Below are positions 1-9,249 of a DNA stretch of 54,731 bases, piece after piece. Below the pieces are notes generated by a model that was not told where the DNA came from, searched no databases, and saw only the letters and a program-made list of their open reading frames with translations. Positions within the stretch are counted from its first letter, which is position 1; the number at the start of each line of letters is the position of its first letter. The DNA lies in the NCBI GenBank assembly GCA_002791275.1, contig PFWT01000025.1, forward strand, positions 1-54,731, written 5' to 3'. The translations under genes were made by a program, and so were the position numbers. Origin of the DNA: Candidatus Uhrbacteria bacterium CG_4_9_14_3_um_filter_41_35. Its GTDB lineage: Bacteria > Patescibacteriota > Patescibacteriia > UBA9934.

Positions 1-455
1 CCTCTATTGAAAGCCGTTTATATTGACTATTTTGCATATTTAGTGATCCTATCACTAAATTGCACTAGAATGTTGAGACCAAGTAACATTATAATAACTG
101 TTACAAAACAGTGACCTGGATAAGTATTTAAGCTGCAGATTTCTCTCTGCCGTAATCGCTATTTACGATCTAAAGAGTAGTAAAACTCACATATGCGAGG
201 GGTTACTGTGGATCAATAACTCGTGAGACGCAAGAAAATTTAGGTTTTGGTTATGATCCAATATTTATAAATCCCAAACTGAATAAAAACAAACGCTGAG
301 CTATCGGCCGAGAATAAATACAATAAGCCACCATAGTCAACATTAAGAAAAGCAAAACTTAGTTTAGAAAGTTAGTATAAATGAATATATTCAGAATATT
401 GTCCTGTCCGTACTTATAAACAAAAAAACGACCAGAAATAATCTGATCGGTATCC

Positions 456-530
456 TGGAGCCTTCGTCGGGGATTGAACCCGAGACCTCTTCCTTACCAT
501 GGAAGCGCTCTACCACTGAGCTACGAAGGC
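456..530 (-). tRNA. tRNA-Thr (anticodon GGT), CCA encoded
   Basis: The reverse complement folds by hand. Acceptor GCCTTCG/CGAAGGC, D stem GCTC/GAGC, anticodon stem CTTCC/GGAAG with loop ATGGTAA, T arm TCGGG-TTCAATC-CCCGA, 3' end TCCA. Confidence 0.9.
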
Positions 531-624
531 GATTCTTCAGTGCGAAAATTGTAAATGAATTAATGCCTTTCGTCAAATCTTTGAAATCTTGTTTATATAT
601 AACTCAGCTTGGATTATAGATAAA

Positions 625-728
625 TTTTATACACACCCTATTCGGTAGAATAAGGCCAAATTTGAATAAAATATTTCGCTAATATTAAACGAAAATATTA
701 TTTTATACACACCCTATTCGGTAGAATA
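625..728. repeat. 28-bp exact direct repeat TTTTATACACACCCTATTCGGTAGAATA (625-652 and 701-728)
   Basis: Read directly from the sequence. The second copy contains the stop codon and last codons of the ArsR-like gene and forms the palindrome ACACCCTATTC-GGTA-GAATAGGGTGT. A related third copy lies at 33807-33836. Confidence 0.85.
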
Positions 729-992
729 GGGTGTAAGCAGTATTTGATTAACCAACAGACCAGCGTTTGGTGCTAAATGATAAAACATATAAGTACCCGC
801 CTGCATTCGGTCAATCAATCCAGCATTTGCCAGCTTTGTTACATGCCGTGATGTTGCCTTAAGCGATAGATCAAGATGAATCGCAATATCACCAACAGTT
901 GCCGAGCCTCGCTTACTCAAATAATCTAAAATCTCGAGCCTTCTCCTGTTGGCTAGTGCCTTAAAAACTCTTTCTAATTTTAGAATGCGCAT
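714..992 (-). CDS. ArsR/SmtB-family winged-helix transcriptional regulator
   Basis: 92 aa. FKALANRRRLEILDYL followed by ATVGDIAIHLDLSLKATSRHVTKLANAGLI is the typical ArsR HTH pattern. Confidence 0.8.
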   Translation of the reverse strand: MRILKLERVFKALANRRRLEILDYLSKRGSATVGDIAIHLDLSLKATSRHVTKLANAGLIDRMQAGTYMFYHLAPNAGLLVNQILLTPYSTE

Positions 993-1102
993 AAAAACTC
1001 CCCAAGTTAATATTTAACCATGGGGAGTTTGTATTTTTATATTTTAACAAGCTCTTCCAAATAATCAAATAAAATTATCCACCTGCTCATCCGCAATCCA
1101 CC

Positions 1103-1372
1103 TTAACTATTATCATTTTCAATTTTTTCAAACTTTTCCTCAAATTCAGCAATTGGGCGCATCCACAACAACCCATCCTTTGATCGATAAAGTACCGCTA
1201 GGCTTAAATCAGACTCTACAAAACAAATATCTTGCACTTCATACAAGCCGCCCGATTTTTTGTGTAAATATTCCCCTGGCCGTACCCGCCTCCTTGCCTC
1301 CAACTGTTCACTTGATAAAACCTGCGGATCCTTTTTGGTTATATTTATCTTATCGTCTAGCATATTCCTCAA
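1103..1372 (-). CDS. small conserved protein, DUF1653-like (tentative)
   Basis: 89 aa. The pattern G.Y.HKKSGGLYEV...VLYRS..G.LW.RP...F resembles DUF1653 as I recall it. The start overlaps the end of the RNase HII gene. Confidence 0.55.
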   Translation of the reverse strand: MRNMLDDKINITKKDPQVLSSEQLEARRRVRPGEYLHKKSGGLYEVQDICFVESDLSLAVLYRSKDGLLWMRPIAEFEEKFEKIENDNS

Positions 1373-1994
1373 ATGCTTTAAACGTCAATCTGTGAATAGC
1401 ACAAGGACCAAATTCTTTTATAGCATCTTGATGTGCCCTCGTGGGATAACCCTTATGTTTTGCAAAACCGTACTGTGGGTATTTTTTATCATAATTCTTC
1501 ATGAGTCGATTTCGCGTAACCTTTGCGATAAGCGAAGCAGCGGCAATCGACTTTGTTTTATGCGCACCTTCCATTACTCCGCACTGATGTATCTCTAATT
1601 CAGGAATTGTCCAGGTATTCACCAAACAATAATCAGCCTCGTTTATCTCAGTGAGCGCTCGTTTCATTGCCAGTAATGTTGCTGATTTGATCCCCATTTG
1701 CATAATTTCCTTCACCGAAACAATGCCAACTCCCCAACTTCTCGCTCTTGAAATCAATCTTAAGTACAAAAACTCTCTTAAAAATGGGGTGAGAAATTTA
1801 GAATCATGAATTCTGCCAATTTTGCAGTTTACTGGAAGCACACAGGCAGCAGCTACAACTGGCCCAGCAAGCGCGCTACAACCAGCCTTATCAACCCCAA
1901 CAACAGCACGGTAACCCAGATTATTCAGCTCACGTTCATGCTCAAGATTGGGATTTTTAAACATATATATTTTTATATAATAACTGTAACTCAA
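1350..1994 (-). CDS. rnhB: ribonuclease HII homolog with a substituted active site
   Basis: The RNase HII signature is collinear: GVDKAGCSALAGPVVAAA, DSK, SIAAASLIAKV, YGFAKHKGYPT. The canonical DE, D and D positions read DK, N and A. The true start may be an internal Met. Confidence 0.75.
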   Translation of the reverse strand: MSYSYYIKIYMFKNPNLEHERELNNLGYRAVVGVDKAGCSALAGPVVAAACVLPVNCKIGRIHDSKFLTPFLREFLYLRLISRARSWGVGIVSVKEIMQMGIKSATLLAMKRALTEINEADYCLVNTWTIPELEIHQCGVMEGAHKTKSIAAASLIAKVTRNRLMKNYDKKYPQYGFAKHKGYPTRAHQDAIKEFGPCAIHRLTFKAFEEYARR

Positions 1995-2024
1995 ATAAAA
2001 AAAAGGGTCAAAGCCCTTTTTCCT

Positions 2025-2750
2025 CTATTTTTTTCCTGCAATAATCGCTAGCACATCCTCCGCTGATCGTTCACCAAATTCTGATTCAAAAAATGATAGA
2101 GTGTCGAGTTCCCATAAAATCATTAACACGACAACAATTGATGTTCCAAACGCTCCCTTTAGGAGGGATGGTACAAAAGCGTAAATTGTTGGTACTGCTG
2201 AAACTGTTAGCAGTAAAATGCCAGCCAGGAGCATAATGAGCACCCACTGATACATTGGAATTCGCTCAAGGCTTAGGTTAACCATTGCCTTTCGGCTAAG
2301 CTGTAGTTGTTGCAGAGAGCTAATTATATACTCCATTGAAAGCTTTTCGACATCTGAGTTGCCATCCTTAATTTTATCCAAGATTCTGTGAAGATCAGTA
2401 AGTGTTGTTGATTTATTTTTAAAGTGATAGTCCCAGGCGTCCTGTTCAAGTGCCACTCTGTAATGTTTTTTAATAACCTTAGCCGCCTCCTTGGTTGGCC
2501 CCGCTCCAAGATGTTTAAAACTGCGATAGATTGAAGATATGTGGCCATCAAAATTGGCTATTTCTTGTCGAAGTGAGCTATACCTCGAACCCTGTCTTGC
2601 CATAAAAAATCCAGTAAACGTCGCAAAAAGAAATGTAGCTATTGTTAAAATTATCTGCATTTCGTCTGTGGTTCCAAAAGTAAAAAAGAAATAAACAATC
2701 GTCAATAAAACAAAAACGATCAATGTAAACAATCTTGATATAACCTCCAT
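2025..2750 (-). CDS. hypothetical integral membrane protein (2+2 TM segments)
   Basis: Hydrophobic helices sit at both ends of the ORF. The start is placed at ATG 2750, because the upstream TTG start of the track ORF would include a TATAAT box. Confidence 0.6.
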   Translation of the reverse strand: MEVISRLFTLIVFVLLTIVYFFFTFGTTDEMQIILTIATFLFATFTGFFMARQGSRYSSLRQEIANFDGHISSIYRSFKHLGAGPTKEAAKVIKKHYRVALEQDAWDYHFKNKSTTLTDLHRILDKIKDGNSDVEKLSMEYIISSLQQLQLSRKAMVNLSLERIPMYQWVLIMLLAGILLLTVSAVPTIYAFVPSLLKGAFGTSIVVVLMILWELDTLSFFESEFGERSAEDVLAIIAGKK

Positions 2751-2780
2751 ATATATAATTATGGAGTCATTATAACACAA

Positions 2781-3731
2781 TTAAAATTCATTAAACAAAA
2801 CCACGTCTTTTTTAACAATTTCTTGATATAACTCTAAATTATGAAACTCACAATTTTTATCAATTATTGAGGAATGGATATCACAATTCACAATAATTGT
2901 ATTCTGAAGAATAATCGAATCTTTTATTTTTGAGTCTCTGATTTCACAGCTTGGATCAATATAGTTCACACCCTCAAAAGAATTTCCCAGTTCTATAGCT
3001 AAAAATTTTTCTGGAACCGAAGCCTCCCCCATTGCCACGTGCGTTTCCACATAGGCCCTAAACGAGCCAATATCATTCCAGTAGCCATCAAAAGGGAAAA
3101 CTCTTGGCTCAAAACCATGTTCCAAAAAAGAAGTAAAAATTGCTCCAAGTTTATCCGGCATTTCAAAAGAGGTTTTTACTATATGCGACAGTGTATTTGC
3201 CGGAAAGTAATAACAGCAAGTTCCTGCCAGTGTTGATCTTGGAGCCTCAGGTTTTTCCTCAAAGTTGGTAATTATACTTCCGTTAGCTACCACAATCCCA
3301 TATTTTTTTGCTTCCTCAAGGTCCTTAACATCAAAAGCTGCAAGTGTTGGTTTTCCCCCTGTCATTTCGAGCATCTTTGCAAAATCAAAATCAAAAACGT
3401 TATCTCCACCAATCGTGAGTAGTTCCTCATTAATTTTATAAGTTTCAATAACCAAACCAACAGCTCGTAAGGCACCCTTTTTTCCAGAATCAGAATCTGC
3501 ATCCTCGACAAATATTTCAATATCTCGCTCTTTGTAAAGTTCTCGCCAAACTTTAAAGTCGTTAGAAAAAATTGCATTCGTGGACACAATAATTGGCACA
3601 TCTTTCGGAATTTTATCGACTATGTGTGAAATTATAGCTTTATTTGCGATTGGTAAAAGGGGCTTTGCTTTATCAATCGTTAAAGGCCAAAGTCTGGTGG
3701 CAAAACCTCCGGCTAAAATTAGTGCCTTCAT
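2781..3731 (-). CDS. sugar-1-phosphate nucleotidyltransferase (NDP-sugar pyrophosphorylase)
   Basis: The N-terminus MKALILAGGFATRLWPLT..KAKPLLP is the G-x-G-T-R-L nucleotidyltransferase signature. ATG 3731 lies just after the stop of the upstream gene. Confidence 0.8.
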   Translation of the reverse strand: MKALILAGGFATRLWPLTIDKAKPLLPIANKAIISHIVDKIPKDVPIIVSTNAIFSNDFKVWRELYKERDIEIFVEDADSDSGKKGALRAVGLVIETYKINEELLTIGGDNVFDFDFAKMLEMTGGKPTLAAFDVKDLEEAKKYGIVVANGSIITNFEEKPEAPRSTLAGTCCYYFPANTLSHIVKTSFEMPDKLGAIFTSFLEHGFEPRVFPFDGYWNDIGSFRAYVETHVAMGEASVPEKFLAIELGNSFEGVNYIDPSCEIRDSKIKDSIILQNTIIVNCDIHSSIIDKNCEFHNLELYQEIVKKDVVLFNEF

Positions 3732-3732
3732 A

Positions 3733-5088
3733 TTAAGAAACAATTTTCTTTAAAACGTAAAGAGCAGTCTTGAACAAAATTTTAAAATCTTGGCTAATTG
3801 ACCAATGCTCGATATACCAAATATCCTGTCTGAGCAGATCGTCGTGAGTACCAGCTGTTTTTCCCTTATTTACCTGCCAGTGCCCAGTAATCCCAGGTTT
3901 TAACCTTAGTCTTTTTTGATGGAAATTCGTGTAGTGTTCAACTTCCTCTTTATACGGTGGTCTTGGTCCAACCATACTCATAGTGTTATTAAGCACATTA
4001 AAAAGTTGTGGAAGTTCATTTAATTCTGTTTTTCGTAAAAATTTGCCTACTCGCGTAGCATCTTCAAAACTTTTGTCTTTTACTACCCCTACACTATGCA
4101 AACGTAATTCCTCTCGATCAAGCGGTTTTTCATGCGCACCGTCTATTAACGTGATAAATCTAAACAAAGCAAATTCAGATCCAATTCGACCATCGACCCT
4201 TTGTTCATGAACAATTATATGCCAAGTTCGACGTTCAATAACTAGCACCATCACCAAAATTAGAAACACTGGACTCAATAAAAGAATCAAAGCTAGAGAC
4301 GCTACAATATCAAATATCTTTTTAAAGAAAAATCCCCATCCCTCCAGATTAGTTTCCCTCACGCTAATAAGTGGAAAACCAATAAAATTATTGATACTCA
4401 CCCTGGTTCCAAGTGCCCCAATCAGCGAAGGCAAAACGTGATATTCAAGGTTATATTTTTGACAGATAGCTGTAATTGTAACAGCCTGCTCAAGATTGCC
4501 TACTTGAATAACTGCCTCGGGTCGATAAGCCTCAATACGATTTTCTAGATCAATAAGTTTTCCAAGATAAGGCACGCCAATCACCGATTCTTTTCTTGAA
4601 TTATCAAGAAAACCGACAATATTTAGTCGTTGTAAAGAATCCTCCTGCGTATATTTCTCGAGCAGGTTTTCACCCGCTTTACTCATACCGATTAACAATA
4701 TTGGTATTTGACCAATTCCTCGTCTATAGTATCTAGCTTCGTACTCCTCCAAAATAATTCTAGCGCTCAACAGATAAACAAAGCTCAGCAATATTACTCT
4801 AAGGTACTCAAATATATTTAGCGAGTAAAAAGTATTAAAATAGAACACTAGAATAATTGTGACTGAAACTGCTATCAAAAATCGAAAACAACTCTGAATA
4901 ATCGAAAGTGACTTGCCTAGCTGGTAGGTACCAAAAATCGAAAGTAGCGTTATCATAACCAAGCTAAGGAGCGTAATCGAGGACAAAGTCAGCTCAAAGC
5001 CCGGTAAAAAAGCGAGCGCTAAAATAACCGAAGTGATATCCGTAAATATTTTGGCTAGTTTAAAGTAAATTTGTGTTTTTCGAACCAT
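3733..5088 (-). CDS. polyprenyl-phosphate glycosyl-1-phosphate transferase (WbaP/bacterial sugar transferase family)
   Basis: Multiple N-terminal TM segments. The C-terminal domain has ELPQLFNVL...MSMVGPRP and KPGITGHWQV. The start is set to Met-53 (5088) to avoid divergent overlap with the fba start and its promoter. Confidence 0.8.
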   Translation of the reverse strand: MVRKTQIYFKLAKIFTDITSVILALAFLPGFELTLSSITLLSLVMITLLSIFGTYQLGKSLSIIQSCFRFLIAVSVTIILVFYFNTFYSLNIFEYLRVILLSFVYLLSARIILEEYEARYYRRGIGQIPILLIGMSKAGENLLEKYTQEDSLQRLNIVGFLDNSRKESVIGVPYLGKLIDLENRIEAYRPEAVIQVGNLEQAVTITAICQKYNLEYHVLPSLIGALGTRVSINNFIGFPLISVRETNLEGWGFFFKKIFDIVASLALILLLSPVFLILVMVLVIERRTWHIIVHEQRVDGRIGSEFALFRFITLIDGAHEKPLDREELRLHSVGVVKDKSFEDATRVGKFLRKTELNELPQLFNVLNNTMSMVGPRPPYKEEVEHYTNFHQKRLRLKPGITGHWQVNKGKTAGTHDDLLRQDIWYIEHWSISQDFKILFKTALYVLKKIVS

Positions 5089-5229
5089 AAAAATGCTCTG
5101 TTCCCCTATTTCAACACAACCAGCACAATATATCAACCAACAAGTTTCAAAATCAGGGTTGTGATCAAAATAAGCATAGTGACGATCAATTTCTGCTATA
5201 ATCACTAAATCAATATTATTTAAAAAACT

Positions 5230-6231
5230 ATGTCCTCCCTTCATGAAATTGTTAAGCAGATGTTAGCACCTAAAAAAGGGCTTCTCGCTGCAGACGAAAG
5301 CATTAAGAGCGCAAGCCTACGCCTTACTGCAGTTGGTGCCCCAAGTACTGAAGAATACCGCCGGCGGTATCGTGAACTTTTTATCAATACGGACGGCATT
5401 CAAAATTATGTTTCTGGAATCATTTTACACGACGAAACTATGTACCAAATGGACAATTCTGGGCGTCCTTTTCTTGAAGTTCTAAAAGAAAAAAATATCC
5501 TGATTGGAATTAAAGTCGATGAAGGAACTCAAGTTGATCCAGATTCTGAAAACGAAACCGTAACTGAAGGCTTGGATGATTTAGAAGAACGATTGCAAAA
5601 ATATGTGGCTAAAGGCGCAGTTTTTGCCAAATGGCGAGCTGTAATTAAAATTGGAGAAAATTTACCAAGCCTTGGTAATATCAAAAAAGAGGCGAAGAAC
5701 CTTGCTAGCTACGCAGAACTTTGTCAGAAATATGGTCTCGTTCCAGTGATTGAGCCTGAAGTTTTACGGGAAGGTAACCACACAATCACAGAATCTGAAG
5801 CCGTGCTCATTCAAACACTAAAAACTGTCTTTGAAGCAATCGCAAAAAAGAATGTTGACCTAAGTGGCCTGATTTTAAAAACCAGTATGGTAATTGCTGG
5901 TAGTGAGCAAGAAAAATCAGCACCAGAAGTAGTTGCCAAGGCTACGGTCAGGGCTCTTAAAATTTCTGTACCGCAAAATATTGGTGGGATTGTTTTTTTG
6001 TCTGGCGGGCAAGAATCAGTCGAGGCTACCGAAAATTTAAATGCTATCAACTCAATTAAAGAACTTCCGCGCCGCGCTACCTATTCCTACGCTAGAGCTT
6101 TGCAGGAAGATGCCCTGAAAATTTGGGCCGGTAAAGAAGAAAATGTGAGTGAAGCCAGAAAGATATTCCTTCATAGGCTAAAAATGAATTCGCTGGCTTC
6201 CGTGGCCGAGTACTCGCCTGAACTTGAATAG
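5230..6231 (+). CDS. fba: fructose-bisphosphate aldolase, class I
   Basis: 333 aa. KGLLAADES near the N-terminus, with IIL.DET and LSGGQ motifs typical of class I aldolase. An extended -10 (TGcTATAAT) lies about 30 nt upstream. Confidence 0.85.
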   Translation: MSSLHEIVKQMLAPKKGLLAADESIKSASLRLTAVGAPSTEEYRRRYRELFINTDGIQNYVSGIILHDETMYQMDNSGRPFLEVLKEKNILIGIKVDEGTQVDPDSENETVTEGLDDLEERLQKYVAKGAVFAKWRAVIKIGENLPSLGNIKKEAKNLASYAELCQKYGLVPVIEPEVLREGNHTITESEAVLIQTLKTVFEAIAKKNVDLSGLILKTSMVIAGSEQEKSAPEVVAKATVRALKISVPQNIGGIVFLSGGQESVEATENLNAINSIKELPRRATYSYARALQEDALKIWAGKEENVSEARKIFLHRLKMNSLASVAEYSPELE

Positions 6232-6233
6232 AT

Positions 6234-6860
6234 ATGCCAAACACAAATCATTGCGGACTCATAATCTGCGATTTTGATCACACACTTTTTGACACCACCC
6301 GCTTTGTTTACGACCTTGAAAACGCCTTTGAAAAAGTCGGTATTTCAAAAAATGATTTTAGAAAAATACGTTCCGAACTAAAGGCAAAACAGCAGGTGTT
6401 TGACTTTAATGAAATGGCGAGCATTTTAAACAATAAATCATCTATAAATCCACACGAGGTGGTTCAAAATATCCTCAAAACAAAAGCGACTGAGTATATT
6501 TTCGACGACGTGAGTACGTTTATAAAAAATCATAAAGAAAATTTTGATTTTTTGATCCTTACTCAGGGGGACAAAAACCTTCAATTACAAAAATTAAAAT
6601 ATAGTGGTTTTAAGAATTTCAAAACAATTATCACTAAGTCTAGTAAAATTACGCCGCTTGCTAAACTTCTTTTAAAATACGATCACATCTATTTTATAGA
6701 TGATAAAGCTAAACATATCGATGACATAAAAACGAGTTTTCCTAACGTCATTACCTACTTACTCAAACGCCCTCAAGATGAACTCTATGGAAAAAACGAT
6801 CAACTAGTAAAAAAAGCTGATTTTAAAATTCAAAATTTAAATTTTGAATTAAAATGTTAA
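6234..6860 (+). CDS. HAD-superfamily hydrolase
   Basis: Motif I (ICDFDHTLFDT) at the N-terminus and a late FIDD motif. The gene starts 3 nt after the fba stop. Confidence 0.65.
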   Translation: MPNTNHCGLIICDFDHTLFDTTRFVYDLENAFEKVGISKNDFRKIRSELKAKQQVFDFNEMASILNNKSSINPHEVVQNILKTKATEYIFDDVSTFIKNHKENFDFLILTQGDKNLQLQKLKYSGFKNFKTIITKSSKITPLAKLLLKYDHIYFIDDKAKHIDDIKTSFPNVITYLLKRPQDELYGKNDQLVKKADFKIQNLNFELKC

Positions 6861-6951
6861 CAATTGTCAAAATTGTTTAGCTTATTGTGCTATAATTATA
6901 AATAATGGATTATTTTATCCAAGGCAGTGTTCAAAATTAACAATATTTGTT

Positions 6952-7227
6952 ATGACTATCAATGAAACACAAGCGCTCGAGTTAATTAATAAGATTATAG
7001 AAAAGCAAGCAATTATTTTAGGTCCTAAAATAGCAACAGGCAAGGCTCAAAATATTAAAGTTCTTAGTCTTTCAAAGACTGGTCTAGCAATTAGAATCAC
7101 TAGTGATCCAAAACAAGTAATCGAAGATCTGGTCGATGCCTATGTTCATCTTTCTGGAGAAATCATTAGAAACAGTATCAATGTTTTAATGTCCAACTTT
7201 CCGGACATAAAAAAATCCCTTAACTAA
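6952..7227 (+). CDS. hypothetical 91-aa protein, in frame with the downstream histidine kinase
   Basis: Open frame with a TGcTATAAT extended -10 upstream. It shares its frame with 7288..9042, separated by a single TAA. Confidence 0.5.
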   Translation: MTINETQALELINKIIEKQAIILGPKIATGKAQNIKVLSLSKTGLAIRITSDPKQVIEDLVDAYVHLSGEIIRNSINVLMSNFPDIKKSLN

Positions 7228-7287
7228 TCGTGGCATATTTCAGACACTTTAAGACTAGCTTTACTGTATTTTATTTCGCTATTTTCA

Positions 7288-9042
7288 ATGGTTATAGCGA
7301 TTGTTTCTTTGATTTACCTTACAAAGACTCGAAACGCTAGTAACAAACAGAAAAAAATTACCTCACGAAACCTTTTCGAAATTTCACTTCTCAAGGAGAT
7401 CGGTGAGCGGATCGGCTACTCGTTAAACGTGCAAAATATCGTTGATATTATTACTGGCTCCATTCATCAGTTTATGGAATACAGCACAGTTTCTTACATG
7501 CTCATCCAACCAGATGGTATTATTTTTAAAACCACACTCGAAGAATCTATTTCAGAAGATTTTATCGAGGATTTGGAGAGCCGAATGATTGCCTCTATAT
7601 CCGCTCTTCTTAACAAAGATCTAAGTGACGTTACTGTTAAAAAACTTACAACTGGTGCGGTTATTAGAAATGATAAAAAAGTTAGCATCCAATCGTTTTT
7701 CAATATCCCCCTCATTATTCGCTCAAATGTTGTTGGGGTAATTACCGTAGCTCACACCAAACCCGATCACTTTAAAGATGAGGAAACAACCCTTCTTTAT
7801 AAGATTACGCAAACTGCTTCAAATACCGTGTCCCGCCTAGAAACCGTCATCGAAACCGAAAAAACAAAGATGACGACTATGGTAAAGAGCATGGCCGACG
7901 GTATTTTAATGCTTGATAACGATTATAGAATTTTGATCGCAAACCCCTCGCTCAAGAAAATCATTGGCTTGGCTTACAAAGAACATATTGATATTTTTGA
8001 TATTATCGAAACACTGGGTACTACTTTTGATATTCGTGAACTAATAGATAACTGTATTTCACAAAAAACCAGCATAACTTCAGAAGAAGTTGAGATCAAT
8101 GATCGGTTCGTAAAATTTACCTCATCACCAGTTTGGTCCGAACCTGGCGAAACTTTAAGAATTATCGGAACCATTACTGTAGTTAACGACATCACAGAAG
8201 AGAAAAAACTAGAACAAATGCGGGAAGATTTTACAGCAATGATGGTACACGAACTTAGAGCTCCGCTCACTAGCATCAAGCTAACCTCAGAGATTATCAA
8301 AGACGGCACACTGGTACCTGGTACATCAGAATTTTCGGAATATACAAATTCACTACTAAGCACCTCAACACAAATTCTCGAATTAGTGAACGATATTCTT
8401 GATGTTTCAAAAATGGAAAAAGGTAGCTATAAATTAAATATCGTAGCTTCGGATATCAGAAATATCGCAAAAGGTAGTTTGGCAAGTTTCGAACCAAACG
8501 CCACTGCTAAAAAAATCACCTTAAACTTAAACATTGATCCGAAAATACCCGCAGACGTCTTGCTTGACCCCAAGTACTTACGTGAGTCGATTAATAATTA
8601 CCTCTCAAACGCAATTAAGTTCACAAAAGTTGGAAGTGTAAACCTGCAAATGCTCTTACACGAAGCTGGGAATAATTTAGAAAATGAGGCTTTTGTAGCT
8701 GGCATTAAGTGGTTCCTAAAAACAACTGATCAAATTCGTAATTTGCCAAATTCTATCATTGTAGCAGTTACAGACACTGGAATTGGTATTCCGCCTGAAG
8801 AGTTTAAATTACTTTTCAAAAAGTTCAGCCAAGTCTCCACAGCTCAACAATCAGAACAAAAAGGTACCGGGCTTGGTCTTGCAGTTGTTAAAGGTATTGC
8901 TAGCGCACATCACGGTATTGTTGGGATTGGCTCTGAAATAAACCACGGTTCAACTTTCTACATCACCTTCCCGCTTGTCCAACCAGAGGCTTCGGAAACA
9001 AAACAAACAGCTGATATTCCTCAGTTAGAAGACGCCAAATAA
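7288..9042 (+). CDS. sensor histidine kinase (GAF-like + PAS + HisKA + HATPase_c)
   Basis: H-box MVHELRAPLTSI, N-box NNYLSNAIKF, G-boxes DTGIGI and GTGLGL. The 5' boundary is uncertain (see findings). Confidence 0.85.
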   Translation: MVIAIVSLIYLTKTRNASNKQKKITSRNLFEISLLKEIGERIGYSLNVQNIVDIITGSIHQFMEYSTVSYMLIQPDGIIFKTTLEESISEDFIEDLESRMIASISALLNKDLSDVTVKKLTTGAVIRNDKKVSIQSFFNIPLIIRSNVVGVITVAHTKPDHFKDEETTLLYKITQTASNTVSRLETVIETEKTKMTTMVKSMADGILMLDNDYRILIANPSLKKIIGLAYKEHIDIFDIIETLGTTFDIRELIDNCISQKTSITSEEVEINDRFVKFTSSPVWSEPGETLRIIGTITVVNDITEEKKLEQMREDFTAMMVHELRAPLTSIKLTSEIIKDGTLVPGTSEFSEYTNSLLSTSTQILELVNDILDVSKMEKGSYKLNIVASDIRNIAKGSLASFEPNATAKKITLNLNIDPKIPADVLLDPKYLRESINNYLSNAIKFTKVGSVNLQMLLHEAGNNLENEAFVAGIKWFLKTTDQIRNLPNSIIVAVTDTGIGIPPEEFKLLFKKFSQVSTAQQSEQKGTGLGLAVVKGIASAHHGIVGIGSEINHGSTFYITFPLVQPEASETKQTADIPQLEDAK

Positions 9043-9086
9043 TTATCATCGCTTTTTAAAAGCTACAACGTATCATCTTATACAAT

Positions 9087-9118
9087 AAAAAAATCCTAGC
9101 GAAAGCTAAGATTTTTTT
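9087..9118. terminator. bidirectional intrinsic terminator
   Basis: A-run, then stem ATCCTAGC-GAAA-GCTAAGAT, then T-run. It lies between the convergent kinase gene and tRNA-Tyr. Confidence 0.6.
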
Positions 9119-9203
9119 GGTGGGCCGAGTAGGACTCGAACCTACGTAGGCTGATGCCAGCAGATTTACAGTCTGCCCTCGTTGACCGCTTGAGTATCGA
9201 CCC
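9118..9203 (-). tRNA. tRNA-Tyr (anticodon GTA), long variable arm, CCA encoded
   Basis: Reverse complement: acceptor GGGTCGA/TCGGCCC, anticodon stem GCAGA/TCTGC with loop CTGTAAA, variable arm, T arm GTAGG-TTCGAGT-CCTAC, 3' end ACCA. Confidence 0.9.
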
Positions 9204-9249
9204 ATTTTCAGAAAAAACATGATAAAGATAAACTTGGTCATGTTTTCTC

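Noticed and set aside
391-576. 61-aa minus-strand ORF (and likewise 9056..9241).
   Set aside because: Both lie directly over hand-folded tRNA genes (Thr-GGT and Tyr-GTA). They are read-through artefacts of the six-frame translation.
5089-5244. N-terminal extension of the sugar-transferase ORF overlapping the fba start.
   Set aside because: It would create a 15-bp head-to-head overlap with fba and would cover the fba extended -10 box. Met 5088 gives a typical protein length with the TM segments intact.
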